Assembly: GCA_026770705.1 (NCBI GenBank) | Contig: JANJGN010000007.1 | Location: forward strand, 96,720,001 to 96,784,000 | Source: Isurus oxyrinchus | Taxonomy: Eukaryota | Direction of reading: 5' to 3' | DNA: 64,000 nt | Made by a program: the position numbers and the translations under genes | Notes under the pieces: model-generated | Databases searched by the model: none | Seen by the model: only the letters and a program-made list of their open reading frames with translations | What the model was told of the DNA's origin: nothing | Shown here: positions 13,012 to 25,600 of the stretch, one piece after another | How positions within the stretch are numbered: the first letter of the stretch is position 1 | How the letters are laid out: each line of letters starts with the position of its first letter

Positions 13012-16000
13012 TGACATTCCATTTGTCTTCCCAATTACTCGCTGTGCCTGCATATCAACTTTTTGTGATTTATGCACCAGGACACCAAGAGCTCTGGAGT
13101 CCTGGAATCTCTCTCCATTTAAATAATATACTGCTTTCTGTTCTTCCTGCTAAAATAAACAAGTTCACATTTTTCTTAAGCCTCAGCTACCAAGTTTTTG
13201 CCCAATTACTTAGCCAGTTTATATCTCTTTGCATAATCTCTCCCTCGTTTGGCAATTTACTTTCCTATATATTTGGTATCATTGGCAAAATTAGCTGCCA
13301 TACATTCGGTCCCTTCATCCAAATTATTGATTTAGATTGTAAACAGCTGAGGCCCCAGCACCGATCCCTGCGGCCTGTTACAGCTTGCCATCCTGAAAAA
13401 AGAACTATTTATCCCTACTCTCTGCTTCCTGTTAGCTAATCAATCCTTTATACATACTAAAATGCTACACCTAACCCATGTAATCTGATCCTGTGAACTG
13501 ACCTTTGATGTGGCATCTTATCAAATGCCTTCTAGAAATACAAGTGCATCGCACCTAAAGATGCATCTTTATTCACCTTTCTGGTTACTTCCTCAAAAAC
13601 TGTAATAAGTTAGTTAAACACAACTTTCCCTTCACAAACCCATGTTGACTCTGCCTGATCTAATTAGGTTTTTTTTAAGTATCCTGCCATAATCTCTTTG
13701 ATCATTGATTCTAACAATTTCCCTTTGACAGGTGTTAGGGTAACTGGCCTATGGTTTCCTCCTTTCTATCTCCCTCCTTTCTTGAATAAAGATGTTATAT
13801 TAGCTATTTTCAAATCCATTGGGACCCTTTCAGAAACTAAGGAATTGAAGACGATTATAAACAATGCATCTACAATTCTGCAGACACGTCTTTAAGACAA
13901 TAGGATGCAAGTCATTTGGCACTGGGGTCTTGTGAGACTTTAGGTCTAAAAGTTTTCACAGCACATTTTCTCAAATGATGGTAATTGTTTTAAGTTTCTC
14001 CCTCCTAATGACCTCTTGATTTTCAAGCACATTTGGGAAATTTTCTATGACTTCTACAGAGATGTCAAACACAACATAGTGTTCAACACCATTGCCATTT
14101 CCCTGTTTTCCATTATTAATTCCCAGACACACTCCCTGGATTCGCTGTATTTCCTCATTTTTATTTAAATACTTGTAGAAATTCTTATATTATATATTTT
14201 ACATTACCAGATAGCTTTCTTCCATATGCTCCTTTCTGAATTTTTATATGTGTTTGCCATTGTTTGCTGGTTCTCAAAATTTGACTAATGTTTTGAGCTA
14301 CAACTAAGTATTTGCAGATTTGTGTCATGTTTCCTTCCATTTGCTACAATTCTTAACTTCTTATTCGGGATAGATGATGTATCCTTCTCAAATAATATTT
14401 CTTTCTCACTGGGATAAAACGTTTCTGAGAGTCATAGAGTCATATAGGTCTGTCACACAGAAAAAGGCCTTTCGGCCAATTGAGTCTGTGCTGGTCAAAC
14501 AAGTACCCAACTATTCTAATCCTATTTTCCAGCACTAAGCGTGTAACCATGAATTCCATGGCGTTGCAACTGCACATCCAAATTCTTCCTAAATGTTATG
14601 AGGATATCTGCCTCGACCACACTTTCAGGCAGTGAGTTCCAGATTCCCACCTCCCTCTAGGTGAAAAAACTCTTCCTCACATCCCCTCTAAACCTTTTGT
14701 CTCTTACCTAAATCTATGGCCCCTGGTTATTGATCATTCCACCAAGGGGAAAAGTTCCTTGCTGTCTACGCTATCAATCCCCCTCATAATTTTATACAAT
14801 TCAATCATGGCCCCGTCAGTCTCATCTGCTGCAGGGAAAATAACCCCAGGCTATCCAATCTCTCCTCATAATGAAAACTCTCCAGCCCAGGCACAATGCT
14901 GTTAAATCCCCTCTGCACTATCTCCAGCGCAATCACATCCTTCATGTAATGCATATTCCAGATCTGCACGCACTACTCTAGCAGTGGCTGAACCAGCATT
15001 TTATACAGTTCCAGAATAAACTCCCTACTCTTATATACTATGCCTTGGCTAATAGAGGTGAGTATCCCATATGCCTTCTTAACTACCTTACCCACCTGTC
15101 TTGCTACCTTAAGGGACCAGTGGACATACACATCAAGGTTCTTCTGATCCTCGGTACTTCCCAGGGTCCTACCATTCATCATGTATTCCTGTGCCTTGTT
15201 TGTCCTGCCCAAGTGCACCACCTCACACTTATGTGGATTAAATTCCATTTGACACTGCTCAGCGCATCTGACCAGCTTGCCTATAGACTGCTGTAATCTA
15301 AGGCTACCAACTCACCACATAACATCCACACATTTTCATGTCATCCGCGAATGTACTGATCAACCGCACAACATTCTAGCCTAAATTGTTTGCGTATACC
15401 ACAAACAGCAAGGGACTCAACACCAATCCCTGTGGAACCCCACTGGACATAGGCATGCATTCGCAAAAACATGCCTTCACCATCACCCTCTGTTTCCTGC
15501 CACTCAGCCAATTCTTGATCCAATTGTCAAACTGCCTTGGATCCCATGGGCACTTATCTTCATTATCAGTCTCCCATGAGGAGCCTAATCAAAAGCCTTG
15601 CTGAAGTCCAAGTAGATATGTCAAATACATTGCCCTTATCTTAATAACTGGCTGCCTCTTTGAAAAAATTAAATCAAATTGTTCAGAAATGACCTCCCCT
15701 AAACAAAACCATGCTGACTGCTCTTGATTAATCCCTGCCTCTCCAAGTGTAGATTAATCCTGTCCGTCAGAATTCCTTCTAATAACTTCCCCACCACTAA
15801 GGTTAGACTGAGTGGCCTGTAGTTCCCTGCTTTATCCCTGGCCCTTCCTGAATAACAGTGCCATATTGGCTGACCACCAGTCCTCTGGCACCTCTCCTGT
15901 GGCAGAGAGGTATTGAAAATTATTGCCAGCGCCCTTGCTATCTCGTTCCTTACCTCACTCAATCCCTGGGATACATTTCAACCGGACCTGGAGATTTAAC

Positions 16001-16187
16001 TACTTTTAAGCCTGCCAGACAACTTAGAAGCTCCTCCCTTTCTATGCTAATTTCTTTAACAATGGGCAGAATTTTACACAGAGATAAAAACAAAAAAACT
16101 GTGGGTGCTGGAAATCCAAAACAAAAACAAAAACAGAATTACCTGGAAAAACTCAGCAGGTCTGGCAGCATCGGCGGAGAAGAAAAG

Positions 16188-16226
16188 AGTTGACTTTTCG
16201 CGTCCTCATGATCCTTCGACAGAACT
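16188..16226 (-). ncRNA. Hammerhead-like motif copy in the inverted pLTR (degenerate stems II and III)
   Basis: Reverse complement AGTT-CTGTCGA-A-GGATC-ATGAG-GACGC-GAAAAGTC-AACT. Confidence 0.45.
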
Positions 16227-17487
16227 TGAGTTTGAGTCCAAGAAAGAGTTGAAATATAAGCTGGTTTAAGGTGTGTGTGTGGGGGGGGCGGAGAGAGAGA
16301 GAGAGAGAGAGAGGTGGAGGGGGGTGTGGTTATAGGGACAAACAAGCAGTGATAGAAGCAGATCATCAAAAGATGTCAACAAGAATAGTACAAAAGAACA
16401 CATGGGTGTTAAAGTTAAAGTTGGTGATATTATCTAAACGAATGTGCTAATTAAGAAAGGATGGTAGGGCACTCAATGTATAGCTCTAGTGGGGGTGGTT
16501 TTTTTTGTTTCTTTTTAATTTTTTTTTAAAAATAATGGAAATAGGTGGGAAAGGAAAATCTTTATTATTTATTGGAAAAAAAAGGAAGGAGGAAACAGAA
16601 AGGGGGTGGGGATGGGGGAGGGAGCTCACGACCTAAAGTTGTTGAATTCAATATTCTGTCCGGAAGGCTCTAAATTGCCTAGTTGGAAGATGACGTGATG
16701 TTCCTCCAGTTTGCGTTGGGTTTCACTGGAATAATGCAGCAAGCCAAGGACAGACATGTGGGCAAGAGAGCAGGGTGGAGTGTTAAAATGGCAAGCGACA
16801 GGGAGGTTTGGGTCATTCTTGCGGACAGACCACAGGTGTTCTGCAAAGCGGTCGCCCAGTTTACGTTTGGTCTCTCCAATGTAGAGGAGACCACATTGGG
16901 AGCAACGAATGCAGTAGACTAAGTTGGGGGAAATGCAAGTGAAATGCTGCTTCACTTGAAAGGAGTGTTTGGGTCCTTGGACGGTGAGGAGAGAGGAAGT
17001 GAAGGGGCAGATGTTGCATCTTTTGCGTGGGCATGGGGTGATGCCATAGGAGGGGGTTGAGGAGTAGGGGGTGATGGAGGAGTGGACCAGGGGGTCCCGG
17101 AGGGAGCGATCCCAACGGAATGCCGATAGGGGGGGTGAAGGGAAGATGTGTTTGGTGGTGGCATCATGCTGGAGTTGGCGGAAATGGCGGAGGATGATCC
17201 TTTTTATTTAAAAAAAAACACCCCCACTACAGCTTTACCTTGAGTGCCCTACCATCCATTCTTAATTAGCACATTTGTTTAGATAATATCACCAACTTTA
17301 ACTTTAACACCTATGTGTTCTTTTGTACTATTGCTGTTGACATCTTTTGATGATCTGCTTCTATCACTGCTTGTTTGTCCCTACAACCACACCCCCCCCC
17401 CTCCACCTCTCTCTCTCTCTCTCTCCGACCCCCACACACACACCTTAAACCAACTTATATTTCAACTCTTTCTTGGACTCAAACTCA

Positions 17488-17526
17488 AGTTCTGTCGAAG
17501 GGTCATGAGGACTCGAAACGTCAACT
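17488..17526 (+). ncRNA. Minimal type-I hammerhead ribozyme-like motif in the Penelope 5' pLTR
   Basis: AGTT-CTGTCGA-A-GGGTC-ATGAG-GACTC-GAA-ACGT-C-AACT: stem I AGUU/AACU, 5-bp stem II, palindromic ACGU helix III, GUC cleavage triplet; core has U at the usual A6. Confidence 0.65.
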
Positions 17527-17666
17527 CTTTTCTTCTCCGCCGATGTTGCCAGACCTGCTGAGTTTTTCCAGGTAATTCTGTTTTTGTATTTGTTTTGGAT
17601 TTCCAGCATCCGCTGTTTTTTTGTTTTTATCTCTGTGTTTAATTGACTGCCACTGCTCTTCAAGAA

Positions 17667-20423
17667 ATGCCTACCTCCTTGAAGAAGTTCTGTTCTTTTC
17701 TGCGACAAGATTTCCGTTCCTCTCTTTTGCCCTGCTCACCTTGCTTGCTTTCCTTTTCCCTCCTGGTATTTGACAAGGTGTTTACTAAAACCCGCTTTCA
17801 CAGCCATATCTCCTTTCTCAGTGACTGTCTCCATCTCCGACTTACCCCACGTGGATTTCAACTGAAATTCCACCCCTGATGTTTCAAACCCACCCAGGAT
17901 TACAGGTATCTCTGGGACATAAAACGTTTCTCGGACTGCTGTTCCGGTCACATTCTGAATTCCACATCAGTGCCATGCGCCGCCATATGAACACACTCGA
18001 CCTCTCCCTCCAGCAGCATCTTCGTACCCTTTTTCAAAGCTGCACGTGCCCCCAGTTTCATTTTATCCTTCGGCTCATCTGACGCCTCAACAAGAAACTT
18101 TTTCTCTTTCTCTCAAGTGCTAAGGAACGTAAGCTCCAGCAACTCATCGACACCAACACCCATCTAGGACCCTCCACCCCTGCCTGTCCCTCCGTCCCCA
18201 CCCTTTCATCCAATTCCAACCCCAGCCGTGTATTCACTATACCCCCTGACCTTCCACTCTCCGATGCTGAACGTTCAGTGCTCAGCAAAGCACTTAGTTT
18301 CATACCCTTACGCCCTCACCTCAATGAATTTCATGCTCGGCACGATGCTGTACTCTTCTTCCGCTGTCTTCATCTCCGGGCTCACTTCTTCGGGCAGGAG
18401 TCCTCTCCCAGTTCAACGGATCCTTTTACCCATCTCCAATATTCTCCCTCCACCTGGACCCCTCCCTCTGGATTCTTACCTTCTCTTGATCTTTTCATTG
18501 AGAACTGTCGCCGCGACATTAGTCGTCTCAATTTCTCTGCTCCTCTCACCCATTCTAACCTGTCTCTCTCTGAACTTACTGCACTCCATTCTCTCAGGTC
18601 CAACCCTGACATTGTCATCAAACCCGCTGACAAGGGTGGTGCTGTTGTTGTCTGGTGCACTGACCTCTACCTCACGGAGGTTGAGCGTCAAATCGCAGAC
18701 ACTTCCTCCTACCTCTCCCTGGATCATGACCCCACCACTGAACATCAAGCCATTGTTTCCAGGACTGTCACTGACCTCATCTCCTCTGGGGATCTCCCTC
18801 CCACAATTTCCAACCTGATAGTCGCCCAACCTCGGACGGCCTGCTTCTATCTCCTACCCAAAATTCACAAACAGAACTGCTCCGGTAGACCGATCATCTC
18901 AGCTTGCTGCTGCCCCACAGAACTCATTTCTTGTTGTCTTGACTCCCTTCTCTCTCCCCTTGTCCAGTCCCTTCCCACCTACATCCGTGATTCCTCTGAC
19001 ACCTTACGTCACATCAACAATTTCCAGTTCCCTGGCCCCAACTGCTTCCTCTTCACCATGGACGTCCAATCCCTCTACATCTCCATCCCCCACCAGGATG
19101 GTCTGAGGGCCCTTAGCTTCTTCCACGAACAGAGGCCCGAACAATCCCCATCCACCACTACTCTCCTCCGTCTGGCTGAACTTGTTCTCACGCTGAACAA
19201 TTTCTTCTTCAACTCCTCTCACTTCCTCCAAATAAAAGGTGTGGCTATGGGTACCCACATGGGCCCCAGCTATGCCTGTCTCTTTATGGAGTATGTGGAA
19301 CATTCCTTGTTCCAGTCCTATTCCGGCCCTCTTCCACAACTCTTTCTCCGGTACATCGATGATTACTTCGGTACCGCTTCATGCTCTCGTCGGGACTTGG
19401 AAAAATTTATTAATTTTGCTTCCAATCTCCACCCCTCCATCATTTTCACATGGTCCATCTCTACCACTTCCCTTCCCTTCCTTGACATCTCTGTCTCAAT
19501 CTCTGGTGATAGACTGTCCACCAATATCAATTACAAACCCACCGACTCCCACAGCTATCTCGACTACAGCTCCTCACACCCCGCTTCCTGTAAGGACTCC
19601 ATCCCATTCTCTCTGCTCCTTCGCCTCCGTCGCATCTATTCCGATGATGCTACCTTCAAAAACAGTTCCTCTGACTTGTCCTCCTTCTTCCTTAACCGAG
19701 GTTTTCCACCCACGGTCGTTGACAGGGCCCTCAACCGTGTCCAGCCCATCTCCCGTGCATCTGCCCTCACGCCTTCTCCTCCCTCCCAGAAACATGGTAG
19801 GGTCCCCCTTGTCCTCACTTATCACCCCACCAGCCTCCGCATTCAAAGGATCATCCTCCGCCATTTCCGCCAACTCCAAAATGATGCCACCACCAAACAC
19901 ATCTTCCCTTCACCCCCCCCTATCGGCATTCCATAGGAATCGCCCCCTCCGGGACCCCCTGGTCCACTCCTCCATCACCCCCTACTCCTCAACCCCCTCC
20001 TATGGCACCACCCCATGCCCACGCAAAAGATGCAACACCTGCCCCTTCACTTCCTCTCTCCTCACCGTCCAAGAACCCAAACACTCCTTTCAAGTAAAGC
20101 AGCATTTCACTTGCATTTCCCCCAACTTAGTCTACTGCATTCGTTGCTCCCAATGTGGTCTCCTCTACATTGGAGAGACCAAACATAAACTGGGCGACCG
20201 CTTTGCAGAACACCTGCGGTCTGTCCGCAAGAATGACCCAAACCTCCCTGTCGCTTGCAATTTTAACACTCCACCCTGCTCTCTTGCCCACATGTCTGTC
20301 CTTGGCTTGCTGCGTTGTTCCAGTGAAGCCCAACGCAAACTGGAGGAACAGCACCTCATCTTTGAACTAGGCACTTTACAGCCTTCCGGACTGAATATTG
20401 AATTCAACAACTTTAGATCTAGA
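17667..20423 (+). pseudogene. Penelope-like RT-GIY-YIG polyprotein with a few stops/frameshifts
   Basis: KPADKGGAVVV, FYLLPKIHK, MDVQSLY, GVAMGT, RYIDD, LPFLD, then NLVYCIRCSQCGLLYIGET and LNIEFNNF. TGA at ~17877 and ~18080, frameshifts at ~17960 and in the poly-C at ~19915. Confidence 0.9.
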
Positions 20424-20825
20424 ACTCCCTCCTCCATCCCCACCCCCTTTCTGTTTCTTCCCCCTTCCTTTTGTATTTTCCAATAATTTATATAGATTTC
20501 TCTTATCCCTCCTATTTCCATTATTTTTACATCTTTTATGCCCTGCTAGTCTTTCCACCCTACCCCCACTAGAGCTGTACCTTGAGTGCCCTACCATCCA
20601 TTCTTAATTAGCACATTCGTTTAGATAATATCACCAACTTTAACTTTAACACCTGTGTGTTCTTTTGTACTATTGTTGTTGACATCTTTTGATGATCTGC
20701 TTCTATCACTGCTTGTTTATCCCTACAACCACACCCCCCTCCATCTCTCTCTCTCTCTCTCTCCGCCCCCCACACACACACCTTAAACCAACTTATATTT
20801 CAACTCTTTATTGGACTCGAACTCA

Positions 20826-20864
20826 TGTTCTGTCGCAGGGTCATGAGGACTCGAAACGTCAACT
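20826..20864 (+). ncRNA. Hammerhead-like motif copy in the 3' pLTR (core CTGTCGC, probably inactive)
   Basis: TGTT-CTGTCGC-A-GGGTC-ATGAG-GACTC-GAAACGTC-AACT. Confidence 0.5.
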
Positions 20865-21212
20865 CTTTTCTTCTCCGCTGATGCTCCCAGACCTGCTGAG
20901 TTTTTCCAAGTAATTCTGTTTTTGTTTTTGTTGTGGCAGTATTTTACGTTCGTTGGTCGGGCGGTCGGCTGATTGCAGCTGAAAAAATGGGCCGTGCCGC
21001 TATTTTCTGCGGGTGGGGTCAATTAAGGCCCGCCCTGTGGCTAAGTGACTCCCGTGGAGAACAGGAAACTGGACGCTGAGGCGGGCGGCCTAAGACTGCT
21101 GGTTCCAATGGGGAACTTGGAGCCTGCATAAAGAGTGCCCAGGCAGCCTGCTTGAGGCAATGCACCCTGGCCACTCGTGGAAAGAGGGTGGGAGGTCTGA
21201 GTGGACAGCAGC

Positions 21213-24043
21213 ATGAGCAGGAGGAGGGGGCAGGCTGTAGGAAAGGCCAGTGGGGTGCCAATGTGCCCCCAATTTACTGACGCATGCCTTGCTGTCTTCC
21301 TGCAAGAGGTGGGCATCCATCAGAACATTCTGTAACCGGAGGATGGATGGAGGAAGGCCCCCCATGTCACCAGCCAAATGTGGGAGGAGTTGGATGATGC
21401 TGTAAGCACCCATGATGATGTGCGGCACACTGGCACACAGTACATGAAACTATTCAATAATTTTCTGTGATCTGGAAGGTTGAGTACCATGTCTGCCTTG
21501 GCCACTTGACCCAGAAGGCAGCCTTAGCCTTTGACCCCCCCACACCCTCCATCATGTCTTGCTGTCATTGCAGCATTGGGCATGTGTCACATGCTGGATG
21601 GGCAAATGGGTACGGACCATGCTTACACCAGCCTTAGTGGTTGAAAAGAAGGGTTCTCCCCACAGCATATGTTGGTTTTTGTGGCATTTGAGGAGTCAGG
21701 GTTAACCTGCAGGGGAGGCCGCTGGGCACATACTCAGAACTACAACACATGTCACATTGATGGTAATGAGATAGCGCAAGGGGTGCCTTAAGGTGTTTTG
21801 GGCAAGTGTCATCTGTTGGCATCGTCGCTGCATCTAGTTGCACCTCCTTGCCATGGGGGCTAAGAGCTGTGTGATATTCAAAGTGATGGATGCCAAATGT
21901 GTTCAAGGTGGCAGTTGAGGGAGGGGATTGAGACCAACCATGCAATCCTCTGAGGACTGATCACCAGTATTGTGGACAGGAGCCAGTGGAGGCCTCAGAT
22001 GGGCCATTGTGGTTGGGCTGTGGCCTGCGCATGCAGACTACATGAGTGAGCAGCCCAATAAATACTCTTCTCTGTTTTACAGGCAAAAACTCACCACAAT
22101 GCTGGGGAGCACAAGAGGACTGGAGGTGGGTGCTCGCTCCTGCAGTGCCTCACACATTTTGAAGAGCAGGCCATAAAGCTGGGCAGGAGTCAGGGGTCAG
22201 GATTGCTGGGGACGGTGAGGCTGGTGCCCAGCAGCCAGGTATTTGAAGTCCACAGTCCTATCCAATCTGTCTGCACACCATCCAAACCACGGATGGTTGC
22301 TGCAATGGTTAGTGCTGAAACAATGCTCATTCTCAAACTGAGACACTGTGACGTGTGGCTCATACAGAAGGGATCTCATCCCCTTGAGGAATCGCGTCTC
22401 CACCACCTTCCAAAGTCAATTTATCCCATTGGTGACCACTATCACCATGGTCTCTCCTGCCATTGGATCGCTGCTTCACAGCCAAAGACCTATTTCATCT
22501 GAGGGGGTTTAGGACTTCTGGCACCCTTTCAGTCATTTGCCCTGCATTACTTCATCCAAAAGGTCATCACCACCTCAGCTGCGAACAACCTGGCATCCAA
22601 CTTAGATGAATGCCACCCCGTTATTCATACCTGCTCCAATTGGAAATGTTGCCTTCTGCCCACCAGGTCTATGATCTTATGGAATGAAGGTCAGCAATGT
22701 GACCTCTCAATCTCCTGGTGTCGACAGCAAATGTTGCTACTGTTTGTGATGTATCCTCAGCCCCACAACTATCCAGGCCACAATGCATCCTGGTTAGGTA
22801 TCTCTGCACTCTCCCCACTCCTAAGGTTTAAAACATGCAATGTGGCAGTCCAGAGGCCATCTGACCAGCCTGTTTGCATGTGCATTTTATGTTTGGGGCT
22901 CGCCTTGACTCTTTTCTGCCTCACTAATGTTCTTCTCCTTAGGGTCTTCAAGGGTGAGTGACTTATGAGGCTGGGGCGGGAGGGGGGGAAGGAATGAAAG
23001 GTTGAACTGAGTCTACGTTAACTGATGCATTGTCCTTGTTGTTAGTTTCAGCATCAACACCGGACTGACCTGCACCTCGACCCTGCGCCGCACCAGCCCC
23101 CACCCCACCACCCACACCACCACCACCGCCCCCCCCGCCACCCACACACCTGAAGGCCAAGAAGGGAAACTTGCGGGTCATCATTTCACCCAACCATGCA
23201 CCAGTGCATATCCACACCTCGGTGGGGACTTTACCATCGGCTACTGTCACATTGGCACATCACGATCACTGGAGCAGATGGTAGGGGCAGAGAATGCCAA
23301 TGCCGCCAGCAGCCGGAGTGCTGCAGGGGCTGAGGCATATGCTGAGTCCCGCACTGATGATGTGCCTCTGGAGTTGTCCCCAATGCAGCAGCTGCAGGAC
23401 AGGCAGCAGGAAGTGCGCTAGCATCTGGCCAGTTGCATGAGGGATGCTTCAGTTGCTCTCTGTGATGGAGGAGACCAGGCAGAATGCACGTGAAGGTTTG
23501 GCCCTCAGAGCAGAGCTTCAGGCTTCCTCTAATGTGAAATTGTCGACTCTCATTGAGAGGGGCTTCAATTGAATGGAATAATTCATGATTGGGATATGCT
23601 CTGACCTGCAAGCTCTCACAGTGATACTGGGCACACGTGTTCATTTCCAATGTGGGACATTTTGTGGACACCAAGCTTTGGAAATCGGTGCCCATGCATC
23701 TGCGGTGAGCAAGGAGGTTGAAAGGGAACTCATGTCGGCGCAGCTGCAGCCTGTCATCCCTGTGAGCTGCTCTCAGGGCACTCTGGATGAGGAGCAGCTC
23801 CTCCACCCCTCTACAAATCAATGTTTCTTCTGTTGACGCTCCGTAGCTGGGGTGGTGCCAGTTCTGGAACTGGCCACTCGCTCCCAGACGGGGCGATCAC
23901 AGTCTCCACAGGCTAGAGGACGCCCACCATGGTCATCGAGCCCAATAGGACACCAGAGTCAACAGGCTGTTTGTCAAGCCACTCCAAGTAATGGGGCGGC
24001 ACCTAGACATAACACCCAAAAACGTAAGCAAAATGCAACTTAG
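21213..24043 (+). pseudogene. Harbinger Myb/SANT-like DNA-binding protein gene, spliced, disabled
   Basis: Exon ~21213-21478 reads PQFTDACLAVFLQEV...*PEDGWRK...MWEELDDAVS...RHTGTQYMKLFNNFL*SGR; donor at 21479, next acceptor TTTTACAG at ~22082. 3' extent approximate. Confidence 0.7.
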
Positions 24044-24355
24044 GCACTCCACGGGTATGTCACTGGTGATTTTGTGTTGGCATTTAGAATAGGGACCCCT
24101 TTTTGTAACATTGTCGAATAATAATGTGAGCTTCAATTGTGGACCAAACAATGTCCACCTTTGTTACCATAGATGAGCGTCTTTTCATTGTGGTGCCTTT
24201 TTCAGTTTCACATAATTATCATGAGTGCTTGAGTGGAGATTGATGTTTCTGTACTAAGGCCTTATTTGCAGCTGATCAGGTGGAAGAGGTAGCACCTAAG
24301 TGCCACGTAAGAAAGTTCCAGGCAGTGTTGCTCCTGCTGATCCATGTGTGAGGAG

Positions 24356-25600
24356 CTAGCTGAATGTTCTTTGGATTAAATTGTCCCGGGTGTCCCTGCC
24401 TCCTTGTTGTAAACACGAGTAGTCATTGTGGCCCTCATCATCACCCTGTGCTTCCTCAGCCTCTGAGGCACTGCTGGATTTATCATGTGCAGCCTCATCC
24501 AGGGCGTCAAGGTTTTCACTGTCAATTGCATCCTCCCTTTCCAGTGCAAGATTTTGCAGGGCACAGTAGGCAACCACGATCAGAGGGACATGATCTGGGG
24601 GGTACTAGAGTGTGCCCCCTGAGCGATCCAGGCAATGGAAGTTCATCTTGAGAAGTCCGATGGCTCTCTCCACCACAGCCCTTGTGGTGCCCTGGGTCCT
24701 ATTGTACCGATGCTCAGCTTCCGTTCCTGGATGTCGTATTGGCATCATGAGCCACCTTCACAGGGGATAGCCGTTGTCACCCATTAGTCAAATATCTAGC
24801 CGAGCCAGAGCACTGAAGAGCCACAGTACCTGAGATTGTCTGAGGATGTAGGCATCGTGGGAGCTGCCTGGGAACCTTGCACAGATTTATAAAACCTGCA
24901 TCTTGCGATCAGAAACTATCTGCACATTCATGGAGTGGAAGCCCTTCCTGTTGACGAAGGCACCAGGTTCACCTGCTGGCGCTTTGATGGCCACAATTGT
25001 GCAGTCTATTGCACCCTGGACGCGGGGGAAGCCAGCAATGGCTGTAAAACCTCTGGCTCGTTGTGCCTGAATTGCCTGGTCACAGCAGAATTGCATGAAG
25101 GTAGATATCTGTCTGAACAGAGTATCTGTAACCTGCTTGGCACAAGTATTGACAGCTGATTGGGAGACAATGCAAATATAACCCACCGAGCCCTGGAAGG
25201 AGCCAATGGCCTAGAAGTGGAGGGCAACTGTGAGCTTCAGAGTTGCTTGCATGGGTTGTCCACCCACAGTTAGTTGAGATCTCAGGGCCATTCATCTGAC
25301 AGATATAGTTGACTGTCTCCCTCCAGAGTTGGATACTCCTTTGGCACTGCACCTCAGTCAAATTGTGGTAGCTGCTTCGCCCGCTGCATACCCTGGCAGC
25401 AGGATAGTGGCGTCTTCTGTGGACCCTTGCACCTTGGACAACCTCTTGGCCCTGTGCCCCTTGTGCCTGCGCCTGGCCTCCCAAAGGTGGCTCCCCTGGA
25501 GGCTAATTGTCCAGTCCTGACCTCCTTCTTTTTCTATCCCTCCCTTCCTCCTCAGGGAACCGCCTCCAGTGGAGACGCCAGGACCCAGATCCCCAGGCTA
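24356..25600 (-). pseudogene. Harbinger DDE transposase (HARBI1-family nuclease), disabled
   Basis: GFPRVQGAIDCT, FVNRKGFHSMNVQ, FPGSSHDAYIL, GDNGYP, RAVVERAIGLLK, CALQNLAL motifs with stops and frameshifts. Confidence 0.9.

Larger units (their letters stand above)
16078..20934 (+). mobile_element. Penelope-like retroelement: inverted 3' copy (16078-17203) + 5' pLTR (~17204-17640) + RT/GIY-YIG ORF + 3' pLTR (~20560-20934)
   Basis: 16078-17203 is the reverse complement of the ORF 3' end and pLTR; direct pLTRs flank the ORF; 13-bp TSD GGCAGAATTTTAC (16065-16077) / GGCAGTATTTTAC (20935-20947). Confidence 0.92.

Noticed and set aside
19239-20486. 415-aa ORF as an independent gene
   Set aside because: N-terminal part is an off-frame reading of the Penelope RT; only the region after the ~19915 frameshift is real GIY-YIG coding.
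24356-25600. Domesticated host HARBI1 gene
   Set aside because: Multiple stops/frameshifts, TIRs and a Myb/SANT partner show a decayed transposon.
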